NCBI RefSeq assembly: GCF_009914755.1
Contig: NC_060935.1
Direction: 5' to 3' (one strand)
Length of the DNA stretch: 64,000 nucleotides
Source: the human T2T-CHM13v2.0 reference genome, Homo sapiens
Under the pieces are notes generated by a model, which saw only the letters and a list, made by a program, of their open reading frames with translations, was not told the DNA's origin and did no database searches. Numbering within the stretch: the stretch's first letter is position 1; every line of letters begins with the position of its first letter. Shown here piece after piece: positions 1 to 53,082 of the stretch. The position numbers and the translations under genes were made by a program.

Positions 1-195
1 TCAACCTGTGGCATCTGACACTATCTCCAGGCAGGTAGTGTTGGAATTGAATTGAATTAGAGGACAACCAGCTGGCGTCCACTGCAGAATTGATTGCTTG
101 CTTAAAGTGTGGGGCAAAACACCCACACATCTGGCATCAGAAGAGTGTTGTGAGAGTATAGTAAGAGAAACTGAGTTTGTGTATTTCTGTGTATT
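1..195. mobile_element. LTR fragment, MER21-like
   Basis: tcaacctgtggcatctgacactatctccagg...gaattgaattagaggacaaccagctgg resembles the recalled MER21 consensus; not searched. Confidence 0.45.
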
Positions 196-396
196 CTCAA
201 CCCAGTATTAGGGGTAGGAGAACAGGGCCCAGAGAAAAGCTGGGGAGACACCTGATCTGTAAGGCTGGTTCCACCCAAAAGATACAGCCAAGAGGTGTGG
301 TGTGAGTTCAAGTTTTAAGAGAAGGAAGAAAAAGAGATAAGAGACTTCGGCAGAGACCCTTGGCATTCTGCAGCTTTGGAGAACCCCAGTTTCTTC

Positions 397-447
397 TTAT
401 CAAAGGAAATGGTGGTACATAATTATCAAAGGAAATGGTGGTACATA
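397..447. repeat. Tandem duplication of 25-mer ttatcaaaggaaatggtggtacata
   Basis: Exact copies at 397-421 and 423-447. Confidence 0.95.
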
Positions 448-448
448 G

Positions 449-797
<349 letters not shown>

Positions 798-857
798 AAC
801 ACTGCACTTTTAAAATTCACTTCAAAATTGCTTGATTTTGTTTTGTTGTTATTATAA

Positions 858-1160
<303 letters not shown>

Positions 1161-2027
1161 TAAAAATGCAACAGCAACAGCAGAGACTCTGTCTAGTCTC
1201 TGAGGGGTCGGGAGAGGCAATCAATAGTTACCCCTCCACGGCCTCCACTCCAGCGCCTATGCACATTTTTCCTTTCTGCCTTGGGGAGCCACAGGAGGAC
1301 TGGAGAGCTTTGCTGCTGCGTACCGGCAGGAACCCTGAAGCCAGCTGAGTGGGTGGGGCAGGGTGGGGGTTTGTAGTCAGTCTCCTCTTTATCCACCCCT
1401 CCTTCCTGGTCCTGGGCTGCATCTCTCCAAGTGACCAGCAGAGGGGCCTTCATTAACAAATACACTTTAAAACCATTCTGTCCAGAGGTGACAGACCGTC
1501 ATGGTGGGCAAGGGAGGCACAGTGGAAGAGAGACCTGGGATGGTGGAAGCAGAACTGGTCAGTTCCAATATCCCCCCAGTCGAATTCCTTTCCAGCTCCC
1601 ACAGGACCCTGTTAACCCTCCTTTTTTTCCATAGGCCCACAAAGCTGCTTAACAACTGCTTCTCCCACAAATCCCTGCCCACAGCAGCCTGTGTCTGTTA
1701 GATTAGCTCCTGGCACTAAGCTGAGATGGGAATTTTCTGCTTCTGCCTTGCTCCTCTTAAGCCAGTTATCATCAACCCTTACATGTCTGGGCCTAGGGAA
1801 ACATGCCCTGGATGGAGGCTCTGTCCTGATGGTGGGGGTGAGGAGATCTGGGGTGGGAGTTGGGAGAATCCTAGAGAAAGGGGAGAATCCGTCTCAGGGA
1901 ATGGGAGGAGGTCTGTTTGGAGGAATAGGGGAGGATCCACCTGGACGTTGAGGGAAAGTCTGGTGAGAAATAGAGGGTTTGTTCTGGGGATGGGAGGTCT
2001 AGACTAAGCAAAGAAGGTTCTTTTAAG

Positions 2028-2219
2028 CAATGGTTCTCAGAAGGTGGTCCCTGGACTAGCAGCATCAGCATCACTTGAGAACTTATTAGAGATGTAAATT
2101 CTCTGGCTCCACCCCAGATACTGAATCAGAAACTCTGGGAGTGGAGCCCAGTAATCTAATCTGTGTTTTAACAAGCTCTCTAGATGATTTGGATGTGCGC
2201 TCAAATTTGAGGACCACTG
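2028..2219. mobile_element. MER5A (hAT-Charlie MITE)
   Basis: TIRs caatggttctc...gaggaccactg; internal cagcagcatcagcatcac and ctgaatcagaaactctgg. Confidence 0.85.
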
Positions 2220-2667
2220 CTCTTGAGTTACAAGGTCTACTCTAGGAGTTGGAAGTGTGTGTTCTCAGGAATCAACGGTCCATCTTGGGGGATATGTGGT
2301 GGGAGTGGGGAGTATCTCTAGGATGGAGAAGGTCTGTGCTAGGACCTCTGGAAGGCTGGAAAGGTTCTATATCCTAGAATGAGAAAGGTCTGTTCAGGGC
2401 AACTGAGAAAATCTGCTTTATAAAGTGGGAAGGTGACAATAGGTAATGAGGAAGTTTGACATCGTAGATAAAGCCATGGTTTAGAATCACTGAGACCTGG
2501 ATTTGAATACCTACATCCATCACACTAGCTATGTACTTCATACTTGTACTTAACATTTCTGAGCTTCAGTTCCTTATCTAAAACATGGAAGAATAATACT
2601 GACTTCATAACATTGTTACAAGGACTGGTTAGACTGTTCAGTCAATGGGTATTTATGGAGTGCATTT

Positions 2668-3893
<1,226 letters not shown>

Positions 3894-6333
3894 TTGTGTG
3901 CCAAAGAATAAAGCTGGGTGGCATTAAGACATGGAGGTTATCTCAGGAGGATGAAGAGCCTGTCTAGAAAATAGAGGGAGACAGTCCATTTGGGAATAAG
4001 GTTCTGAGAGGCCCAATTAGCAGGGTAAAATCAGGGACTTTGGGATTCAAGCCCTGCTTTGCCACCAACTATTGCTTAACCTCCCTATGCCTCAGTTTTT
4101 CATCTCTAAAGGGGGGTTGTAAAACCTGTCGCATAGGGATATTGTGAAGATTAAATAACATAATGCCTGGTACAAAGTAGTTAATAAATGCAACTGTTGG
4201 GGGATGGGGAGGTCTATAGTAGCTGATGAGAAGTTGACTTGGAGAATGGAGGGTCCATCTGGAGAACAGGAGGTTGGTCCTGAGGAATGGTGGTGATGTG
4301 GGGCATGGAGTTGGGGGAAGATAGGAAAGACTGGATCCAAACCCCACACAAACCTCAGAGTAACAGGGCGGGGCCTAGAGAAATCCTCCAGGGATCGCCA
4401 GCTTTTAGGGCTGTGGAGAGGTGGTTGGGAGGGGGGCCAGCAGGGGAGAGGTTTGACTGCTAGTAACCCTCAACTGCTGCAGTAAGGAGAAGCCTCAGCG
4501 GTGGCAGTCACACCAGCAGCCTCAGAGCCTTCCCTCCCCATCGTCTCTGCTGTGTGACAGGTGGGAACTTAAAAGCTCAGATCACGTGTCTTGGCTAGCT
4601 AACCTACTTACCCCTTGAAGACATAGTGGCTGGGACAGGCAAGGGCCAAGAGGAATTGGCTGAGAAAGGGGCAGAGCAGGGGAAAGCCCCAAGTGTGTTC
4701 TGGGGACCTACATTTGAAGGCTTTGGGGGCAAGGGAGAGAATGTGCAGGTGCATGAGATGCCCAGGGCATGTCTGCGAGCCCTGTGCATGCCCTGGCACA
4801 CAGGTCCCTCCAGGATATGGCATGTGCCTGTCTTGAAGGCCTGTATCTGGCTAGGTGACTACAGTCGGAGCAGGCTGAGCACTGGGTTCCAGTTTAACTC
4901 TGGAGCTACTGCAGGCTCTCCCAAAGCTGCTGCCATTTTCCCTTCTTTATTAGTGTCCTAACTCAGAGAAAGTGTGAATGGGGAGACAGGAGGATGTTCC
5001 AATGTCCCAAGGCTCCTGCGTTTTTGAAAGCCTTTGCACCTCGTTTGGGGATTCCTGGAGGGAGGCCTGCGCTCATTCATGGGCTGGAACTGAGGGAAAT
5101 TGTTGGGGGACTGGTATCGTGTGTGAAGACAGACTGACACCTTTACAATCCCTCCACTTTCCCCCACCCCCAACACCCTTGCCTAATCTGTCTTCCAGGG
5201 ACTTGTCCCCACGGAGTGACTCCAGCTCTCCTTTCCTCACTGCCTCCAAGTCGGCCCTTTGCCATCAACCCCCAGTCCTGAGTTCACCCCTGCACCTCCT
5301 CCGGCCCCCGCGCCGCAAGCGCTGCTCTCTCCTTTGCCGTCCTCGCCCCCCGCGGGCTGCCGGGCGGCGCGGGCCCTTTAAGAACGGCGGGACCGGCGAG
5401 CAGTAGCTGGTAGGAGAGCGCAGTCGCCCCGCGGGCTCGGAGGACACAGCGTCCGGGACCAGGCTCTGGGAAGCGGGTGTGCACAGCCCAGCAGAGTCAG
5501 GGCGCGACCCCAACCGCCTCTCACCATCCTTGCCGTCTCCTCCGAGCCGAGGGCCGGCCCTCCTGCCTCGCCTGCCCCGCCCCGGCCCCGCCCCGGCCCG
5601 GGCCGCCGGGACCGGGAGCCGGGACGCGGGTGCCGCAGCCCGAGGCAGGTAAGGGGAGCCCCGGCTCTCCGTCCCCGGTCCGTGGCAGCGCTGAGCATCC
5701 CGGCCCCGCACCGGCCCGGGGGCGCGTCAAGGTGACTAGGCATGCGGGAGATGGGGCGGGGGCTTGAGCTGCCGTGGGGCGCTTAGTTTTGAGTCCGGGT
5801 GGTGCGCCTGGCTTTGGGGACAGCCCGGGGCACGCGGGCCCGGGGGTGCCGGCGGGAGGGGCCGGCCTGGGCGTCGCGCCAAGGGATGGGGAGTGGGACG
5901 CAGCCGGAGGCCTGAAGCCTCCTCCTCTCCGCCTTCCCCTGGTCCGCCCTGCACTCACCCTGCTACCCCGACCTCCTAGAGCGGGCAGCCTCTGCCGGCT
6001 GCCTCTTCTCCCCCGCCCCCTATTCCTTCAGTCCCCAGGGGCTGCTGGCCTGCGGGGTAAGGAGATTAGAGAAGCCGCCGGGAGGAAGGAGCGATTGAGG
6101 GCTTCAAGGGGACGGGCTGGGGTCAGGCTGGAGCTGGGCTGCCCGGGACTGAGCGTCTCCGTGCGGAGAGTGGGGGGCGGGGGCAGAGTGCGGGGCTAAC
6201 AGTCGCGGATCTGCCCCGAGAAGGAGGTGGGCAGTGGGGGCGGGGGAAGCATTAGAACGCCAGGGAGCTTTGAGCCGGGCTCGGTGGTCTGCCCCAAACT
6301 GAGCAGGCCCTCCCCTTGCAGGTCGGCGGCGTG

Positions 6334-17474
<11,141 letters not shown>

Positions 17475-18997
17475 AGGCTTGCCCCAGCCTGTACCCCAGC
17501 CCCTGCAGCAGGAAGCCCCCAGTCCCAGCCCTTTGGGACTGTTTTAACCTTATAGACTTGGGCACTGGTTCCTGGCGGGGCTATCCTCTCCTCCCTTGGC
17601 TCCTCCACAGGCTGGCTGTCGGACTGCGCTCCCAGCCTGGGCTCTGGGAGTGGGGGCTCCAGCCCTCCCCACTATGCCCAGGAGTCTTCCCAAGTTGATG
17701 CGGTTTGTAGCTTCCTCCCTACTCTCTCCAACACCTGCATGCAAAGACTACTGGGAGGCTGCTGCCTCCTTCCTGCCCATGGCACCCTCCTCTGCTGTCT
17801 GCCTGGGAGCCCTAGGCTCTCTAGGGCCCCACTTACAACTGACCAAAGTGGCCCCCTCTGGGGGTCCCCACCACACAAGTGTTTGTAAACTGGGCTGCTA
17901 TAAGGTTGGAGTTCCAGGGCTGGGCCCTGGTGGAGTCCACTGGAAGTCCCATTATGGATGTTGAAATGGACAGGGAAGGACTCTGGAAGTCTCTTCCTCC
18001 TCCTCCTCTTCTCTCCACCCCTAGACCCTGGCTGACTTGGACAATCTGCCAGGACAGAAGCTGGGTTTTCTGTCTAGGTCACCACTCCCAATCCTGGGGA
18101 TTGGAGAGGCCTGGGGCTGTGGGATGCCCCATCCCCCTCCCCATCACCTTTGGTGGGGGCAGGGCCTGGTGGCACCTGTGCAATAATGTCTGTGTTTCTC
18201 TCCCACCTGCCACTGGAACTGGAGAATGCACTTTATTCTGGGCGGGGGGTGAGTGGGGGAAGACCCAACCCTCCTTTCTCGCTGCCCCTAACGCATGCAC
18301 GGTCTCGTGATGCTCCCTCCCTCTCCGGAGTGACAGGCACATACATGAGAACAGGCCATCTCAGCCCTACACACTTGCCATCCCCTACAGCACAGAGGAA
18401 GAGTGATGGTGGCATGCTGGTGGTGGCGGGTGCTGGTGGGAGGACAGTGCCAACCTCCTCCTGGGGATCCCATGTTGGAGACTCTAAGGATAAGGCTGGT
18501 GCTGCCCAGGGTGTCTACAGGAACTGCAGGTGTCTACCCCCAAGTCTTCCCTCCTCCCAAGCCAGGGGTGGCACAGGGCACTAGATCCCTGGAGTTCAGG
18601 AACCAACACAAGCACAACCACGGGCATAAGTTGGCCTTGGCCACTGCCACCCACGGCCCTCCTTTTGTGCTCCATGCTGGCATCTTCACTCCCCTACCCC
18701 TTCCCCAGCCACTGCTGCTCATTCAAACTTCTGTCCATGTCCCTCCACTGTTCCTATCAGCAGGTGGCCCCTGGGCATCAGAACAGCCTGCCCTGGGCAC
18801 CAGGTGGCAGACACACTCAGAGCATGTCTGGCTTTCCTGGTGGGTCCAGGCTCATTCTGCTTCTGATTTCCCCTCCCCCAGGGCTCATTTTCCCCCTTTT
18901 TCCTGTACACATCCCTGTCTACCTCCTCTCACCCTGCCACAGATTCTTCCTATCACACAGGGATGCCAGTTGTATTTGTGGGATTTCACCCATTATT

Positions 18998-19003
18998 AAT
19001 AAA
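18998..19003 (+). terminator. ABCG4: ABCG4 poly(A) signal AATAAA
   Basis: AATAAA about 1.5 kb after the stop, followed by GT-rich sequence. Confidence 0.85.
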
Positions 19004-19189
19004 ACCTATATTTATACAGTATGCAATGTGTAAATGTGTGTGGATCTGCCACCTGGTACTGTGCCCTGCAAGGGGGCCTTCAAAGCATTTGGCATGAGGC
19101 CTGTCAGCTGTAGGGAGTCTGTGGCAGGGGATGGTAGGTCCCAGGTACATGTCAAGCTAGTGAACATGTAGCTTAAGAAATATTTGTGT

Positions 19190-24225
<5,036 letters not shown>

Positions 24226-25089
24226 TGAAGTACATCATTTGTAAATGTGGTAGTTGATTCCATTAAAGTGAGGTGCCTGCCTTGCTGTGGTTGGCAGCCC
24301 AGGGCCTAGTGCTGGACCTGGCTTGTGGGGGTGAGGTGCTCAGTGCTACCCAATACCACAGTACAACGAATGAACAAATGTCTAAATGAAACATCCACAT
24401 TGTTTTCAGTAAGTCCTCTTCCCAGCCCTGCCCTGGAGAGCCTCTCTGTGGGTGCCCTAGTGCACAGCTCTGTTGTGTGAACATCGTACACTCATGCTTG
24501 CATACGAAGGCGTGCCCTGGCTGTGGGTGGTGGGTGGCTCCTCCTTCTGGGCTACGTGAGCCCAGGGTGTGGAAGTGTGTGGAAGTGTAGGGATAAGGGT
24601 GGGGGCTTTGGGAACTGGGAAGCCCCAGGGCTAGGCCATGAATGGGTGTCAGACCCGAAGAGCAGGTTGGGGTGCAAGTTGTCCTTCAGCCCCCATTCTT
24701 CCTTCTTTCTTAACCAAGGTTACCAGCAGCCACACACATAGGTCTGGGCTCTGAAGAGGACCGGATACATAAGGCAGAACCCAAGGAAGCCTTAGGCTCA
24801 GGTCTCTGCCTGAAGGTAGGCTGGGGAGGCGGAGAGGGACAGAGGGAAGAATCCCCTGGACACCGCGCCTCAGGGAGGCCCAGGGGTAAGGTAGGAAGAC
24901 TCAGGCCCGGGATGTTGTTCTGGCTCATCCACTTCCTAACTGAATCAACCTGCACAAGTCATTTCACCCTTCTGAGCATCAGTTTCTTCATCTGTAAAAT
25001 GGGCCTAACAAGCAGCCCAGCCTGGGAGGTGGTTAGTGAGGTCACTGGGTGTCACTGGCGCTTGGGAACCTGCAGAGGGCAGTACTAGC

Positions 25090-25760
25090 GGCAGTGCCCG
25101 CGGGGATGGAGGCAGGGAGGGGGGACGATGGCGGGACGGGTGGCGCCGGGGTTCCAGCCCTGCGCCTGCTCCGGAGCACCGGGCCCCTCTCGCTGACCCC
25201 CTCGTCCCAGGACCCCGCAGGCCCGAGTGCCTGGGCTCGTCCTCTTTCGCGCCCGCTGCCAGGTGCCAGGGCCGCGCAGGCGGGCGGAGGTGGGCAGGAA
25301 GCGCCACGCCGAGGAGCCGGGGACTCTGGGAGCTAGCGGGAGACGCCGGCGTCCGCCCAGCCGACCCCTCTGGGCCGCGGCCGACGGCTCCCGGAACTGG
25401 GCAGCCGCGGGTAAAGGCCTAGCGGGCTTGATAACCCCTGCGCCCTGGCTGGGAGGCCGCGCTGAGCGGGGGGCAGGGCGGGCCGGGGGAGGAGGCTGTG
25501 CAAGGGCCGCGGGGAGATCCCGGCCGAGAACGAGAGGGACGGAGCTGGGCGCTGAATGGCGGGCGTTCTGGCAAGTCTCCCCCTGCGTTCCCGAGGCCAC
25601 CCGAAAGTAGGAGAGCTGTTTGGGACCCAGTTTGGTGGAGGAGCTCTGGACCTGTAGGAACACCGCCCCTGTACGTTTCCTGCAGTGCCCCCTCCTTTTC
25701 TCATTGCCCTGGAGACCTGGGTGATCACCGGAGAACTGCCCTCGGCCCCGCAAGTCCCGT
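25090..25760. promoter_or_regulatory. NLRX1: CpG island / NLRX1 promoter and non-coding first exon
   Basis: CpG-dense; candidate donor CGG|gtaaag at 25410/25411. Confidence 0.75.
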
Positions 25761-26368
25761 CTTGACTCAGTGGCCCTAGATCCGAGGTTAAACCGGAACC
25801 TAGGCTTTCTCAGGCTTCTGGAGCCCTCTCTTAACCCTTCCGCAGCCCCTGGGACGGGCCAGCACCCAGCCAGCTCCTCCGCTGGTTGGCCCTGCTAAGG
25901 CAGGTGGCCCAATGCAGCCAGTTCTCCTTAAGCGTACCCTGCCCAAGAAGCCCCGATCTCAGTGGAGGAGACCAGGTGCCAAATAGGGGCACATTCCATT
26001 TAAGTGAGTTCAGAGGCCTCAGAAAAGACTTCCCAGGGACGGAGACTTTTGAGCAGGATCTTAAAAGATTGGTTGGGGCCCGAGTGGTGGCTCGCGCCTG
26101 CAGTCCCCGCACTTTGGGAGGGCAAGGCGGGCGGATCACTTGAACCCAGGAGTTCGAGACCACCCTGGGCAACAATGGTGAAAACCCCGTCTCTACAAAA
26201 ACCAAAGCCAAAAATTAGCCAGGTGTGGTGGCACACCACTTTAGTCCTAGCTACTCAGGAGGCTGAAGCAGGAGGATGGCTTGAGCCCAGGAGGTAGAGG
26301 TTGCTGTGAGCTGAGATCGTACTACTGCACTCCAGCCTGGGCAACAGAGCGAGAGACCCTGTCTCAGG

Positions 26369-26406
<38 letters not shown>

Positions 26407-27772
26407 GTTGGGACTCTAACAGAGGAAAAAGGTCATTCCAAACTGGGAAGAGTGTATGAACAAATTTAGGACAGCAAGAGCAAGAATCCGGTGAGCCTGG
26501 GGTATAAGGCACAGGCTGGGACAAACTCAGAAAAATAGCTTGTGGGAGCCCAGTGTTTGGACTCTATAAGTAACCTTGGACTTTTCGGGAGGTGCTTGGT
26601 GCTTGGGGTGAGGGATTAGAATGGGATGAGACTGAAGGCAGAAAGGCTGGTGAGGAGATCGGGTCCAATAAATGCTGGTCGGGGCAGCAACTGGCTGGCA
26701 AAGCAGTGGGGAGGAATTGCTAGGACTCTTCACACTGCCTAAAGGAGCAAGGGAAGAAAGATTTGAAGAGAGAGGTCAGGTTTCTAATGTAAGGCGTGGG
26801 TGGGAAGATTTGCAGCAAGGTAAATGACAAGAGGAGGGGAATGATGAGTTCAGTTTTACATGGGAGAAGTTTGAAGCAGTGGCAGGTTGTCCATCTGGAG
26901 ATGTCAAGTGAGAAGTTCATTCATTTATTTATTATTTATGTCAGCCTCAAAGGCTGCTTACATAAAAGTCACAGAGAACATAAAATGATGAAGCCATTAA
27001 AACTCAGCTAAAAGGATCTGATATCTGCGGAAGAAAGGCAGAGTGGGGTGGATAATTATTACTGGAAAATCTAGGCACAGAAAAGCCACTGAAAATGAAC
27101 ACAGGACTCCTATCTGAGCTTGCTGGTGGCCAAGAAGGAAAAAGGACACCTAAATAAAGCAGTTTACCAGGGTGGAACTCAGGGAAAGGTGTTCGTGAAG
27201 CTTCAGGGGAGAGGCAAGACGTGGCAGGAAGGCCAGGTGTGATGGCTCACACTTGTAATCCCAGCACTTTGCAAGGCCAAGGCAGGCAGATTACCTGAGG
27301 TCAGAAGTTCAAGACCAGCTTAACCAACATGGTAAACCCCGTCTCTACTAAAAATACAAAAATTAGCCCAGTGTGGTGGTGGGCGCCTGTAATCCCAGCT
27401 ACTTGGGAGGCTGAGGCAGGAGAATCGCTTGGGCCCGGGAGGCATAGGCTTCAATGAGCCACAATCATGCCTGGGCAACAGAGGGGCACTCCATCTCAAA
27501 AAAGAAAAAAGAAAAAAAAGGTGGTAGGAGATAAAATGGGATTCCTCAAGCTGGAGTTTGGGAGAGGGACGAGAGCTGAAAACCAGGCCAGGGCTTCAGC
27601 AGGGCCAACATTTGAGGAAGGGCTGATCCTCTCCTGGGAGGAAGGTCCCTCCTTGGCTGGAATGGGGTTAGGGGTGCAGGGGAGGAGTGGTGGCAGTGAT
27701 CCATTCGTACTATTCTTCTTGCAGGACAGAAGTCGGTCCTAGGCCCCCCAGGCTCTGACCTTCTTTCCCAGG

Positions 27773-39808
<12,036 letters not shown>

Positions 39809-40358
39809 GACACTGGCGGCAGGCACCTAGCTATGTGACCACTGGCCCTAAACCTTTTCCCTCTGTGGCCTCCTGGCTTGCACTGCTCCCTCTAGAAAGA
39901 TTCCTTCAGGTCTGGAGGCAGAGGAATGGGCATAGCTGAGCCAGTTGCCCTCCTAGGGCATGTTTGACCAGGACTGAGTCTGGAATCTCCAAGTTAAAGA
40001 TGGTGAATCAATGCTTCGGGCTTGGAGATGGAACATGCCTCCTCTCCATTCAGCTAGAAGGACCAAAGCATGTGGCATTTGGATGGCCAGAGTGCCCTGA
40101 AGCACCACTACCAACCTTGCCTCCCCCTCCTCTCAAAGAGCCTCTGACTGTGTCACCAAGGGGCTCACATCTTATGTCTGCCATGCCAGGGGTGTCGCCA
40201 TCCAGATGTGTTGGAAGCTTCCCCTCCTGCCTTATGCTCACCTGTGGACACCGAGGATGCCCTCACATTGGTGCTTTCTCCTCATCCTCATGCCCCCTTT
40301 GCCACAATGGTATGATGGCTTGGTAGCCCCTCGAGGCAGATGCACCTGACTTGCTGCT

Positions 40359-40364
40359 ATTAAA
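40359..40364 (+). terminator. NLRX1: NLRX1 poly(A) signal ATTAAA
   Basis: Variant hexamer 550 nt after the stop, followed by T/GT-rich sequence. Confidence 0.7.
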
Positions 40365-40562
40365 AAGCCGTGTGCCTTCTACCAATTGTGGCCTCTTCTT
40401 TACTGCCTGGTGCTTCCAAGAAAGGGCACTGTTCTTGGTCTTTCTGGTTAAACTACCAACCATGATCTATTGCAAGTGGTTCTTGGGCACTAGGTTCAGA
40501 GGCAGTGGAGGCTGGAAGGGCCCATGAACAAGATATTGGCATGGGGGTTGGCCATGCTGGGC

Positions 40563-41230
<668 letters not shown>

Positions 41231-41410
41231 TGGGCCATAGAATTATCACCCTTTTCACACTTACCCCCCAGGCTTGGAGTTAGTGACCAGCAATCTGCCT
41301 TTCTCTGCACAGAGGGGCAACTGGGTCAGATTCAGGGTCTCCAGAAAAAGTTGGGGCCCAGGGATAGATTCAGGAGGAACCCACACAGTTTTCCAGAGGA
41401 TAAGACTCTC

Positions 41411-41726
<316 letters not shown>

Positions 41727-41864
41727 CTCTCACTCCCGTTAACCATTACCCCACTGCTTCCACAGCGTCTTCAAGGAGGCGGGACCTGGGAGGGGATGGG
41801 TGGGAGGATCAGTGGCTGTGATGAACCTTGTCCCTACCCCGGGCACTGGGTTGCTGATCCAGCT

Positions 41865-45862
<3,998 letters not shown>

Positions 45863-46521
45863 AGCACCCCTGCTTGGTACAGACATACTCAGGGGCTACC
45901 GTGTCTTCACTCTCCAGCCTGAGGTGGTGAAGGCAGGATGCTCTCTCTAAGCCAGACCAGAGGGACTCAGACACCACCGATCACAGGCTGGCCCAGGTGC
46001 TCCCTCCCTTCCTGCAGGCCCACCTGCCAGCAGAGGGTGTGGTTGGAGGCCTCAGACAGGTCCCTGAAGGAGTCTGAGGCTCCAGAGGATGTCATATGGG
46101 AGTTTTAGAGAGCTGTGTCCCAAGGATGAAGGTGTGGCTGTGGGTCTGGCTAGGATTGAAGCCATCTGGACCTTTTCTAGATATGACTCCAGGACCCTTG
46201 AGTGTAATGCAAAAATTTGGAGACCAGCTATGCCTGCCCTCTGTGGGTGCCTTAGCATTGCGGGAGGGTGGTGCTTGGTCACCGTTGCATTTGTTATAGA
46301 AATGGCCATTCGCCATAAATCTGACTGCCTGTGTTTGTGTTGGTGGGGGTAAGGGGCAGTGGTGTGAAGGGACCAAAAGGGCCTCAGGCTCAAGGGGTGG
46401 GATGCGGCTCCTGCAGGAGAGAGGTTGAGACCTGGTCAAATTTATTTCCTATCAATCACTGAATCTCAGGGATAATGGGTCAACCCAGAACTGAGATGTC
46501 TGTATGACAGCCACTCCTAAA

Positions 46522-46580
46522 AATAAACAACAACAAAAACAAAAAAAGAAGAAAACTAAATAAAAATAAAAATAAAAATA
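46522..46580 (+). terminator. PDZD3: PDZD3 poly(A) signal cluster (AATAAA repeats in an A-rich tract)
   Basis: AATAAA at 46522-46527 and repeated (TAAAA)n. Confidence 0.65.
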
Positions 46581-46644
46581 AGATCCACTTCTCTCTGCCA
46601 AACGGCCAGAGCCCACAGCTCTATTGAGTTCTACATCAAGACAC

Positions 46645-46650
46645 TTTATT
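46645..46650 (-). terminator. CCDC153: CCDC153 poly(A) signal
   Basis: tttatt 20 nt beyond the stop codon on the minus strand. Confidence 0.8.
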
Positions 46651-46669
46651 GCTGGGGCCTCAGAGAACA

Positions 46670-51859
<5,190 letters not shown>

Positions 51860-52170
51860 CTCCTTGCTGTCCTGGGAGAAGGAGGGGACCTTATGTTTAG
51901 GTCTGGACACAGGGATGCTTTCCTGAGCTTTAGACTGAACCAGGAGACTCTCCTGAGTCCAAATTTGTCTCTCATATCCTTCAGAAAAGTCAGTTCACAG
52001 TCTCTTTGGAACCTCAGACAGGGTTGGGGTCAGTGGGGAGGATGGAGTTTTTTCTCTCAACCAGGCTGACTCTGTACAGAAGTCATTCCTTGCAACTCTC
52101 TTTTAGAGAAACGAAATCCCTGTACCTGCTCCCCTCCCTCTTCCCATCATCCTCAACCCTCACTTCCTAC

Positions 52171-52380
52171 CTGTAGGATCCTCTCCTGCCAGCGTTGGGG
52201 CTCCCCGTGGAGTGACCCACTCGTGGGGAGTGGCAGAGAGAAGGCCCAACTAGCGAGGAGCCTGAGGCGGGGCCTGGGTCCTGGGAGCCAATCCTTGGTG
52301 GCAAATTTCTCTTGAGGGCAGGACTGAGGGCTGGAAGGTTGGGTTTCCAGAGGCTGTATGTTGTCCAGGCAACTGGGAAA
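52171..52380 (-). promoter_or_regulatory. CCDC153: CCDC153 non-coding first exon / promoter with RFX X-box
   Basis: Minus-strand donor CAG|gtagga at 52171/52170; GTTGTCCAGGCAAC at 52360-52373. Confidence 0.6.
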
Positions 52381-52830
52381 CATGGAGTTCACAGGAAGGT
52401 GGAATGGGCTAAATCAGCTCACAAAGTTTAAAATATCAAGGTCTCAAAGGGTCAGTTCTTTCCTTATCCCAAAATCCTAAGTATAGTTTGAAAAGAAAGG
52501 GCTTTGGAGGTCGATTAGTTATGATTCATTGCCATGTAGACATGGCCTGCAATTTGGAGACTTCCAAATTCAGATGTACACATCTGAGATAATATGTGGT
52601 GCTGATACAGAGGAAAAGGACTGACAGTAGCCATGTTGGACAACTGACATCCCGAGGTCCCACCAGCAAAATGACATTAGTAGGCTTAAAACTGAAGATC
52701 TAAGCTGGGGCGGTGGCTCGTGCCTATAATCCCAGCATTTTGAGAAGCTGAGGCAGGAGGATTACTTGAGGCCAGGAGTTCGAGACCAGCCTGGACAACA
52801 CAGTGAGACCTCATTTCTACAAAAAAATTA

Positions 52831-53082
<252 letters not shown>

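Noticed and set aside
5265-6199. Multiple overlapping 70-150 aa ORFs at the ABCG4 promoter
   Set aside because: GC-rich shadow ORFs with no recognisable domains.
17596-19033. 120-198 aa ORFs in the ABCG4 3'UTR
   Set aside because: Lie between the stop codon and the poly(A) signal, mostly non-ATG starts, no family similarity.
25005-25779. ORFs up to 222 aa at the NLRX1 promoter
   Set aside because: CpG-island artefacts.
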